64,000 nucleotides of DNA, from assembly GCF_048593235.1 (NCBI RefSeq), contig NC_133618.1, positions 513,565,675 to 513,629,674 on the forward strand, given 5' to 3'. Positions 22,401 to 34,400 of the stretch are shown here, in pieces. The stretch is from Sminthopsis crassicaudata. Taxonomy: Eukaryota. The notes beneath the pieces are model-generated. The model saw nothing but the letters and a program-made list of their open reading frames with translations, was not told the DNA's origin and ran no database searches. Position numbers and translations under genes: made by a program. Numbering within the stretch: position 1 is the first letter of the stretch; each line of letters starts with the position of its first letter.

Positions 22401-25400
22401 TCTTCAGAGTAAACAAGTAGAACTACCTCCTGATTAAAAGAAACTACCTACCTGTACTTAAAAGCAACAAATCACAATTTGCTTAGTGGGGGTTGTGTGA
22501 AAAGGAAAATCCCTAAGCAGTTTAGCTTTTCAAATGGAGGTAGAAATGACATTTAAAATGCAGGGAAAGAAAAGGGCCAAGAGATATATGGTTCTTTAAA
22601 AAAACAAACAAACAAAAAATACTACAACTGCTATTTATTAAACCCTCTCTAGCAGAATGAAAAACTCCTCTGTGAGATATTCACTATTCTCTGGCTCTAG
22701 GAACTTAAAAGTTTTTGAAGGAATACACCTCTCTCTACACAGAAAAGTACTAAAACTGCAAAGAACAAGAAGGGAGACAGAGTGAATGGACAGTAGGATA
22801 TGAAACATGTCACCGTATATGTCTGTGGGCAAAGAAGTAATAAGTCTTACTATTACTTGGAAACTAGTATAAGTATAAGGAGTTCAATGGGACTAGAGAA
22901 ATAGCAAAAACCCATACTCTTGGAGGACAAAGATGCAAAGCAATAGAGAAGTATTATCTGCTCCAACACAAAGTCTGGTTGCTACGGAATCCCTAAACAT
23001 CAGTGATTTAAGTCTGGACTTACAGACAACGGAGATCTTCCTCTTGAAGGATTTGGGCATCGAGCTCTGTATAGAGAAGAGAAGGGGAAAAAAAAGAGAA
23101 AGAGACACACCCCACAGAGAGGGGGGGAAGAGGTTAGATGAGGGTAGTTTCAGCACAGGCTCCAGAGACACAGAGTAAGAGAGACAGAGACAGACAGAGA
23201 GACCAAAACAGAAGCGGCAAACGGCAAAAACGGAAGCGGAACCGATGCAAGTTAGAGAAAAAAACAAAACCAAACGTCACATCGGGGAAAGGTCCGTCCA
23301 GTCCACACCATGCCTGCATATTAGCTTTACCAGAAATAAGTTGAAAAGAAGACTTTAGGGTGTAGTAGCTTCCCCCGCTCTTCAAAGATGTTGCCATGCC
23401 CCCTTCATAGTCCTGGGTTGAGACATACTTGCCCAGATTCTGAAGCCACTGCCTCAATTGCCCAGAGTTGGCTAATGCAGTCCTCCTTGCCCCCTATTAA
23501 CTCAGGTTAAAAATGAAGGAACAAAGAAAGCCAACTTTGGGATAGGAAAGGCCTTAAGGATCTTCATTTTCCTCCCTTTAATGACCATCCAGTCTACCAA
23601 TGAAAAAGACTTTAATCCCTCATGTATAAACTATTTTGCTTGTATCCTATTTGCAAAATGCTTTTGTACTATAGAAGGTTGGATTCCAAAGATTTGTTAC
23701 CTATAATCCTGATATCTTTTAGAGGAAGGCAGCCCGAGACCAACTTGACTGGAGGTGAGTGAAGTAACAATTGTAGAAAGGTCTTGAAAAGGACAGCCTT
23801 TTATCACCTGGAACCTCCCTCAGCAACTTACTTGGGCCCATGAGGGACTTACCGTTCCTTCTCCAACCAGGACTCATGCCTTATGGGCTTTAACTGAGGA
23901 CTAGAAGGTGGCTTTGAGACAACTCCCTTCCTCTTCCCAAAGGAAAGGGACTACGAGCAGAGCAGAAGGGAAAGGCTAAGAATGGGGGACAGAGTCGAGA
24001 ACCTTTATATTTGCATGCTTATTTCTGGAAAAACTAAGGCCACCCTTCTAAAGGGTAGAGCAGGACTCTTGACAAAATCTCTTCTTTCCACCTCCCTCCC
24101 CAACCCTGCTTCTGTCATCTAACCAAGTCTCCTTGGTCTCCGTTAAGGGCCAGCCTGACCCCAGCCGGGCCGCTCTCGACGGGAAAGTTAGTGAGAAAAA
24201 AAAAAAAGTCTTAATTAAAACAGGAAAAACATGAACCAAATAAATAAAATCAATAAAGAAATCAGAAAATTAAAGAAAAAAGGGGAAAAATAAAATNNNN
24301 NNNNNNNNNNNNNNNNNNNNNNNNNNNNNNNNNNNNNNNNNNNNNNNNNNNNNNNNNNNNNNNNNNNNNNNNNNNNNNNNNNNNNNNNNNNNNNNNNNNN
24401 NNNNNNNNNNNNNNNNNNNNNNNNNNNNNNNNNNNNNNNNNNNNNNNNNNNNNNNNNNNNNNNNNNNNNNNNNNNNNNNNNNNNNNNNNNNNNNNNNNNN
24501 NNNNNNNNNNNNNNNNNNNNNNNNNNNNNNTGGTCGGCGGCAGAGCCACAGTCCTCCCGGGGGGCGAAGGGGGGGGCAAGGGGAAAAATTGGGGGGGGCA
24601 GTGCCCAGTCTCCAAGATGTCAGACAGTTCAGTGGTGGTGCCCGGGCTCAGCGAGGGGCAGAGGGGGAAAATGAGGGGACAGCAGTCCCAGCCCTGTATG
24701 GGCACCATCTTGTAGTCCCTGATGAGGAGGTGGCCACTGAATGGCAGGAGTGGCTCATGCCCTGGATTACGAGAGGCAGGCATGGCCCCCAGGTCCACCA
24801 GTGACAAACTGCAGCAATAACAACTCAAAGATTTGCAATCCAGGTGATAGATGACTCCAGGGTCTTTTTTTCCTCTGCCTGCAACTAGGTGGGGAGGCTT
24901 TTGATCAGATGTGGCCATGGCGCCTCAGATGAAGGTGCCCCTGGAATTGGGTAGACAGACATTCCAGGTGAAGAATGACAACTGTAAGGCCAGGCTGCTT
25001 TTCTTCTCAAGAGGGTGTGGCTTCGCCTCAGAGAGCTCCAGCTGGGACAGTGGCTCCAGTCAGGTGGATGGATGGGTCCAGGCCCCTGCCTCCAAGGATG
25101 GAGAAGTGGTAAGAGCTGCCAGCATACTACCCTCCACCATGTGTAGCCAGGGACCAGAGGAAAGTCCATCTGATGAGTGAGCAGTGATGTAGTAGACTGG
25201 GATGTCACCAGCATTAAGTCCCTGGGGCTTAGACCTTTGACCTTCTGCAGGATCCTCAGTTGTTGAAGCTTATTCTGAGGGCCCCACTTTGGTATCTTAA
25301 AGCCTGCTGCCATGTCCACACATGGCTCTTTAGGGAGGTTTTGTTGCCCTAGAAAGGGAATCCAACAGTCTGTAGAGAACAAGGAAGCCCCCAGCAGAGG

Positions 25401-28400
25401 CATATGGATAGGGGCCCCAGCACTGATAAAAGTTCTTCTTGAGGCATCCCAAGTAGGGAAATGGCACAAGTCCGCCCCTTTCCAGATGTACTTTGCTTTC
25501 TGAATACAAGTCTCTCCTGAACAGTACTCTTCTGGCCCCCTGCTGTAGGCAGGGCAGGGAGGCAGGTGTGGGGAGCCCCCCCCAGGAGCCCACATACAAC
25601 AACCCCCCTTCTGGCCGAGGCACCAGGATAGCAGACTCGGCTCTTACTGGGCAGCTCAGTAGCAGCGGGTGGGTCCAGAGGAGGAGNNNNNNNNNNNNNN
25701 NNNNNNNNNNNNNNNNNNNNNNNNNNNNNNNNNNNNNNNNNNNNNNNNNNNNNNNNNNNNNNNNNNNNNNNNNNNNNNNNNNNNNNNNNNNNNNNNNNNN
25801 NNNNNNNNNNNNNNNNNNNNNNNNNNNNNNNNNNNNNNNNNNNNNNNNNNNNNNNNNNTACACACACAACAATCCCACCCACCCTGTGCCCCCAGCTCCC
25901 AAACCCAACTAAGACTTTCTCTATTACTACAACAGCCAAGGAGATTTTGCTGGCTCGGATTGGGGCAGTCCTTGAATTGGATGCATGGCATGAATGAATT
26001 AAAGAAAAACAGAAAGGATCACCATGGATAAAAACAGAGAAAGGAATTCTCCATGAAGTACACTTATATACATCTCAGCAAAGGGACCACTGGGGGGCAG
26101 ATAGAGAACTCGAATTTCCTCAGCATGGTTAGTCTATGGTGAAAAATCCCATAAGCCCACTAGGGGGCAATGCTTTCTAACAGGATAAAAAGGAGGGAAA
26201 GCAAGGTGACTATCCCCAAGAGACTGAAGATGATAGTAACAAAAACTGAGCTCTGAGTTTGAAAAAATAATTTAAGGAAGGAGGAAAATCCTAACAAGAA
26301 CTAGTGCCCCTAGTGTCAGCCTACCAGGATATAACTAAGCAGCCCGAAGTAAAAAGAACAGCTGAGATTTAGAGCTAATGTCCTAGAAATCTGTAAAGGA
26401 GAAAGGAAAAAGAAAAGCAGAATAGTGTCCCCCTTAATTCAATCTCCAATTGATCAATAGAAGAGAAGAATCCCAGGAGCAAAGCTTTTTTTTTTTTTTT
26501 TTTTTTTTTAAACAAGAAAGAAATATTAAGCCTCATTCCCAATACAAGGGGCATCCCTTGCTAAACCAGCAAATTCTCCCTTTTGGCCCTACACTGATTA
26601 ATGTCCTGTCTGCCGCTGGGACCTACAGGTCCCAGATCTCTACTGAGCAAAGATCTGCCTTGTCCCTTCATTCTGAACTCATCCCACTGTTCAAAGGGGG
26701 TCACCAGAGTGGCCTACCCTTTTTCCCCAAGGGTTGTCCCCCACCCTCACCAACAGGAGGCTTTGAAATTTACCTCTTTCTTCTCCTCATCCTCTGCATT
26801 GCCCTCAGGGCGCTCTTCATTGCTTGCAGCATCAGCAATGGGCATGGGGGGCTCAGGCACCTCATTCTCAGGCCTGTTTTCAGCTGTCTCCATGGTCACT
26901 TCCTCCTTCTCCTCGCTGACAATATGGGGGGAGGAGGGGGGAGGGTAGGAAAGGAAGGGCAGGAAAAGAACCAAGGGGAACAGAGAGCAAGATGTTAGCT
27001 CGTGAGTCAGGAAACCCCCATGCTTTGTCACTGGGGATGGGGGTGGGGTGGGGATGGGTTTGGGATACTTTCCCTATCATATAAGTATTTAGCACCTACT
27101 GACTGCCTCAGTTCTTTGGGCTTGAGGCCTAACTCAAGTCCAGAGGAAGAGGTAAGATCTTCTTTTACCCTAAGAAAGAAGGGCAATTAGCACTAATCAC
27201 AAGAACCATATCCTTCCCAGCCAGGCTGTGATGGGTCTGGGGTATTGAAGCTTTAGTGTCTCTGGCACAGTCCAATATCACTAATCAAGGTTCAGTACAG
27301 GTTTTTATTCCTATCTTCAATGATCCCTCACGTGATTCTATCAAAACTGTCAGTTAATAAACACTTATTAAGCATCTATGTGCAAGACACTTTTGGGGGT
27401 CTTTTTCTCAAAAAGATGATAATGTCTGGTCATGGCTATTGTCACTGATCTTAGGTGAAAGCCTATCCAAAAGCTTAAGTAGCTTTTAAATAGTCCATTC
27501 ACTCATCTGACCTGGAGATACCAGGAATGAAGGAAAAAAACAGAGGGTTACCTCACCAAAAAAAGGTTTTAAGCCCCCACCCTTTCACCTCCCCTCCATC
27601 CTGACCAGCTTAAGGTAGAACTTAAGGTAGAATCGTATACCTTTTACCAAGAAGGTGCAGAGGCCACTCTGATATTCAGCTGACCCAGCTTTTCCCAGTA
27701 TCCCACTCTTACTTTTAAAGAATTAAAGAGCTAACCACTCTTAAGTCGGAACACACCTATCATTTCCCCAAATACCCTCAATGCTTTGAATAACCCTCCC
27801 CTTATAGCAAAAGCACAGAATCCTTGATCCCATTCTAGAATACACAAACTGCCCCCCCCCATTCCCACGAAAGTAATTCCAGAGATCCATCTTTGAATAA
27901 ACTGCCTCTCAATCTTTAGTCCCCACCCCTAACTTCACTCTCCCTCCCCCACATGCTTTAAAAAAACAAAAAAAAAAAAAAAAAATCAAATCAAGATGAC
28001 CAGGGGCCTAATTCTCTGGAGGAGAAACCAAGCCTCCTGGCGTGATAATAACCACCAGGAAATCCAGCAGGCTGATAGCCTGACATACAGAGGTCAGAGA
28101 GTCTCCAGAGAACAGACTGAAGAAGGCTGTTGGGGGGGGAGGGGAAAATTTATACAGTGCCCCAAGCTAGCAGGCCCCGACAGAAACACTCAAGGATTTA
28201 ACAGTCTAAATTTAAAGCACAGGCTAGCCTGAAAAATGCCTATTCCCCACATAGAAAGGGCCTGATTGATATTAGGCTAGAAAGACAAAGAAGAGTAAAG
28301 CAGGATGTCTAAAAACAATTAAAAAAACAAAAGGAGAAATGAAGGCCACAGGGGACAAGAGAAAAAAAACGAGGAGAGGAGGGACAGATGGGAAAGGGAG

Positions 28401-31400
28401 GAGAGACATGGAANNNNNNNNNNNNNNNNNNNNNNNNNNNNNNNNNNNNNNNNNNNNNNNNNNNNNNNNNNNNNNNNNNNNNNNNNNNNNNNNNNNNNNN
28501 NNNNNNNNNNNNNNNNNNNNNNNNNNNNNNNNNNNNNNNNNNNNNNNNNNNNNNNNNNNNNNNNNNNNNNNNNNNNNNNNNNNNNNNNNACCTTCCTTGT
28601 CCCCAGCTCCCACCACCTCCTCCCGGCCCCAGATCCAGAGAGAGAAAATCAAGAGATGCAGCAACTGGGGATCCAAAAAAAAAAAAAAAAAAAAAAAACA
28701 AAAAAAGGTAAATGGAAGGGGAGGTGGTGGTGGTGAGGGGAGATTGAAATAATATATCTGGCGTTTAAGAGATAAGCGTTAAGTCCTCACGGCAAACCCC
28801 GGGTTGGCTGGGCCAGTCTCTCTGGAGAAGGAGGAGGAGGAGGAGGAGGACGGCCAGGTTGCTAGTAGTGGCTGGCTCTATTGTATTGGAGGAGCGGCAG
28901 CGATCAGCCGGAGACATGCAGGGGAGCCATCTTGCCACTTACCCAGCAGTCTGTGTGCAGAGAGGGGAGGGCCCTGCTGCAGCAGGGGAGGGGAAAGCTG
29001 AGGAAGGGAGGGAGGGAGGGGGCGGGCAGGCGAGCGAGTGAGCGATCGAGGCTCTTCTCCTTAGGCAAAGCAGGCCACGGGGAACTCGCTCGGGGTTGGC
29101 TGAAGAGGCCTGGCCTTTCCCCCTTCGGTACTCACTCGAGTTACAATGGCTACCAGGGGCTGACCCCAGGGGGAGGCCTACTCTCTCCTAGTCCTCAGGA
29201 GAAGGGCCGAAGGCGGGGAAAACATCGAAAGTTAATGCTGCTTACTTTACTTGGAAGCTTCCAGAGGACGAGGAAGAGAAAGAATTGGATAAAAGAGATG
29301 GGTGAAGAACAAGGCAACAAAGCCAGGGATGAAGCAGATATGGATAGATAGGATATAAGCAGGAGTCTCACTGTCTTCCCCCTCCCACCACACACCCATA
29401 GCTCCCCTCCCCCACACTCCCAGGGTGGAACCTGAAACCAGATCAGCCAGTCGGAATCCTAGGGGTTGGGGGGGGGAGGTGTTAATTAACTGTACTACTG
29501 AGTCACCATGGGAACAGGTCAGCTTTGCAGCTGTAAGGCCCATGTGTTACTCCCCACCACCCCTTTTCTCAAGGACAGCTGGTTACTGGAAAGTGAGAAG
29601 GGAAGAGAAAAAAGATAGGGTCTCTAAAGAGATGACAAAACTTTGTTTGGTAGTGCTTTAATAATGCCATCTTTGCCTCACGGTAGAAACACAAGCAAAG
29701 AAAAAGACTGAGGCAGCCTTTAAGTGACTTGAGTGTGAGAGATATTCGGCCCCAGGCTGCTTGTTCCTCTCAATTTGAGGGGAGAGCAATGTGACTGGGA
29801 GGGGGGGGGGTCAGATGCTCTAGCTTCTAGTCCCAGTTCTACAACTCCTTTTGCAGTCCTTAAATCAATTCCTTTACTCATCTGGGTCGTTTTCTTCATT
29901 TGCAAAATGAGGGCATCAGGATAGATCATTTGAAAGGTCTCATCCAGCTCTAATGATTTATGATAACTAAGAGGGGACCAGGAATGAAGTGAAGTTAAAA
30001 GGATGAGGCAGAAGAAAAGCCTATGCTATACAGGAAGGAGCAGCCTGAAGTCCAGAAGACAAAGTCAAGCAGAATCATTACCACCATAACAATGGTTTAG
30101 TGTGGAAGTTATTTTTGACAAAATGAAGCATGGGTAGGCATTCAATAAATATGCGTTGCCTTAAGATCTGCTTCTAAGAGTAACCCCAAGTCCAGCATCT
30201 CTCTTGCAAACACCAAACTTTTAATCTCAGAAATGAGGCTTCCTCCATACCCAGCGAAGGATACTCTAGGCTATAACCTGGAAAGCTAGTAAAGGCCTCA
30301 CTTCCTTTCTCTCTGCTTCTCAATGACCAATCTAACCAATCTGTCACTTTTACTTGGCTGGAAGACTTCCTAAATCAGGTTTTTAAAGGCCTTAGCCAAC
30401 ATTAATTCATATGTGAATATTTAATATAGATCTTATTTGAAATGATTCAGGTAATTTTTGGGATACTCTAAAAGTTGGATAGTTCTCTGACATTATGATG
30501 ATGAAGTGATTGATGGTTTCAAAGACGTCAATCTAGATATGAAGTAGATGCTAAATAAATGCTTGTTGAATATATATACAAGGGATTTCCCTAAAAATAT
30601 TTTATACAGAATATCCATATAAATCATTACCTTCCAACACCTTCCATTTTGAGCTGGGCTGAGATTACCACCTACTGTCCTGAGGTACTTTCCAACTGGT
30701 AATATCCTTCCCCAGAAAAAGCTTCCTTTAAGGAAGAATTCTGTATTAAAAGTGTGAGGTTATCGTGCTGTCCTTCCTCCCTTGTCCTCAAAACTGTAGG
30801 AATTCTTACCATCCCTCCATCCTTCTCAAGACACAGCAGGTTTGTGCTTTTCATATGCCCAGATTATCCTATTAGAATAAATTCTGTGAATGTGTTAAGA
30901 GATCAAAAACCTCATGAGAAGAAAACAAAACATAACCTGAAAAGTGAGGTGGTAGACTAATCTCTCATAACCTTAGCTCTAAGATTGTTTTAGTGAGCTT
31001 TTGCTGTACCACTCATATCTTAGGGGAAAAAAAGACATGTTTTATCCTTTGCATTCATTTACAAATATCCCTAATAAACTTAAAAGTGTGAAAACTCCCT
31101 TTTATGTATTTCCACCCATTATTAGTGGTACAGTATAGTAAGATGAAGCCCAGACGAAAAGTACAGTGTAACCTGGAGGTAGGAAATTCATGTTAAGAGT
31201 TCAAACTGAAATGAAAAAAAAAATGTAAATAGGAGTTCAAATAAATAGTTTGGACTAGTTAATGGAAAAACAAAATAACACACTACATACACATGGTGGA
31301 ACTCAAGCCCCAAAGTTATTCCAAACGATTCAAGGGAACTGAAAAAAATTGCTATGGAAAGACCCTAGGGTTTGGTAATAAGGATTCCAGATTAATAATT

Positions 31401-34400
31401 AAACTTTTAAACTCTAAAATTAATATTCCAAAATCAAATTAAGAGTAACAATAAATGATTCAATTCTATCTCTTGACAAAATGTGGTAATAGGGGACCCA
31501 AATACCTTAGGGAGGTTAGATTAATCTGTGAGGTTTTCTCATACACGTGAAGAGAAAATGTGGATCTACACGATGCCAGGCAGCTACACTAATACTGCCA
31601 CTGAGTTGTAGATAAATAAAAATTATACTTTAAAATGTTCAGAGATAAATCAACTGATAAATTATGAAGATAAGAAATAACTATGCACTCAAGATTTGAG
31701 ACTGAAATGACTTGAAACTTTTTTTTTCTTCTTTTTAACTTATAGGCAGAAAGACTGGATTTTGGAAAAAGATCTCAGCTGGATTGGGATCTGAGACTCC
31801 TGCTCGCTCCTGCTTGATCAATGAGAATCTCCACTCCCAATCAAAGGTCCATCCTACTTGAATAAAATGTAGCCAAAAGTCAAAATAGCAGCCATAGAGG
31901 AAGCCAGCCCCTTTCAAGGAAGTAAGGGGATTTTGCAAGACAACTGGTTTTTCTAATGTTTTAAAGAAGCAGCACAGCTTCCATTTCTGAAATTCCTTAA
32001 CTTGCTTAAATGAATCATGAAAGAATAAAGTTTTCATTTAGTATTGCTGATCCCTCCTATGAAACTGGTTATGGTTCCAGAAGACTATTGAAAGAATGAA
32101 AGGCCCAGGAATACCCAGAAAGTATTGTACTGCTTTAAAATAGTTCCTCCATAGATGTAGGTAAAAACCTGAAATATTAGTTTACCAAATCTAATGCCAA
32201 CATAATGTAGTTTAGGCTTTTAGTTTAAGTCTTTTTGTTAAGAGTGATGAATGGACCACCTGGTGAGCACAAGTTAGGAAGTAGATGTTTGGTGTGCTTT
32301 CCTCACTCCTGTCCCCTCCTCAAGCCTATATTGAATCTGTGCTCCAAACACCACAGCATTAAAGCTTACCTAGATAACAATGGACAAGAACATCTTTGCC
32401 CCAAGTGGTACCCTTTATCCTCCTCCATCAACCCATCAAATTCAAACTGATTTGAAGATTTCATGTTTAGAATAAAAAGTCAAAATCACTTTTACTTGGG
32501 GGGAGAGGGGGAATCCAGAATTGACTCATAGCTCTGCTTAAGGCTTCCTATTGTAAAAGAAAAAACAAAAACAAAAACAAAGTGATAAATTGCCTGCCTC
32601 ATCTTTCTGTAGAGTACCCTTCCAGGACAAGATCTGGGATTCTAAAAATCACTTGATCTTCAACAAATACAGGAAACAGTTTTCTGGGCCCACTATCACC
32701 AGGCTTATAAATACCTACTTCAAAGTTGCAATTATACAAATAAAAAGCTGTACCCCTTTATGGGGTACGCCAGACTGATAGGGCACAGGGAACCCCATAT
32801 CCTGACTGGAGATGTAAGCTGGGGCCAGCAATCCTTAACACCTTCCAGGATCCGATGGGTTGTCACTTTATGTTCCTAGAAGAAAAAAACTCTTTTCCAG
32901 AGAATAATGCACCCATTTAAAGAAGGAAAAACAAACATCTTTCAAAGGAAGTGGTGCCAATCCTGTTTTAAAAATAAAATCTAATGGCCACATGATGGCA
33001 GTAGATGCAACTTAATAGCATGATAGCAGTGATGACATTAACATAGGGTCTTATCCAAAAGCAAGAACTACATGGAACATAAAGCCATTAAAATCATTCA
33101 TCTGTCCCCAATCAAAGGCAAAAAAAAATTATTTTAGAGTCTTCAAAAACAAATTATTTGACTATTACAGACCTAGGAAGAAATGACATCATGTTAATTT
33201 AAGGAAATAGGTTTGAAAAAATTTTGGTTGAAGTATTACATTGAAAAGTTATTCATACACTGCAGTCTTCATAATGAGTAACTTATTCCCTTGATGTTTC
33301 ACTTTCACTTAGACTTTAAGTGAGGCAAAAATCCATCAAAATGGCTGCTACATCTATAACAGTAATCAGTAATACTGAGTTTCTTCCATATGTCAACTAT
33401 TTTAATGAGACTAATGAGACCTAGAAATGCAGATAAGTCAAAACAAGTAGCTTTAAAGTCACTAAATCTCAGGTTCAAAATATATTGGCAGCTAGTTGGT
33501 CTAACCTATAATAGTCATCTATACTATGCCTGAAAATCTCCAATGAGAATGAATCCACTACCTCCCTCAAAAGACTATTGCAACTCTTGTTAGAAATTTT
33601 TTCTTCATATCAAGTCTGAATCTGCTTCTCTGAAATTTCTGCTCACTGTTCCTGATTCTGACCTCTGGATCTCAGCAGAACAAACCTAATTCTCCTTTCT
33701 ATGAAAACTCCTTATAATATCTGAAGAACTGATTTTGTCTCTTCTCTAACGCCCCAATCTTTCCTCCCTTTGGGCTATTTATCCCCACTTCTTTCATCTT
33801 ATCCTATTCTGAACATGCTTCATTTTGTCAATGTCTTTCCTAAAATGCAACACCCTATACTATAGCTGTTATTTGACAAGGAAATATTATAGCAAAAATG
33901 AATAAATCCCTCTTCTAATACTGAAATTCCCTTAAGTTTTCTACAACCTCAGAATCAGATAGTTCTATCAATGGAACATTAGAACTCTGGTGCTTATTAA
34001 AATTAAAATATTAACTATGGTTCCTAAAAGCTAGTGTTTGGCATCACACTTGCTAGTTAACAACTATCAAATCTAGAGGTTTTTGAACAATCCCCAAAAG
34101 TAATAGATACTTAAATTCTCAGAAATAAAATTCTGGCTTCATATAAACATTGCTATTTCTTTATACTTTATTTCATAATCTTAATAAGACTGATTAGGTC
34201 TTGAATTTAGAAGCACAACTCTCTGGTGCCTGACTCTTAACAAAAATGGCTGGTTGTGATATCCACCCCCACTTTCAGTTGTCCTGTTTTCAGTACCACT
34301 TCCCACAGTTCTTTGTGGAATTCTGGTAGTAGCTACTAGCACAGTAAAACCAACCTAGACCATGTCCAGATAAAATTTTGCTTCCACAGATGACGCAGTT

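Noticed and set aside
25485-25512. LYSESK peptide resembling the recalled Acinus-S N-terminus MLSESKEG
   Set aside because: It lies downstream of exon 9, so it cannot be that first exon. I could not find the Acinus-S first exon in 26916-34650; it may be diverged or in the 28414-28589 gap.
24262-28752. ORFs containing X runs
   Set aside because: Artefacts of reading through N gaps.
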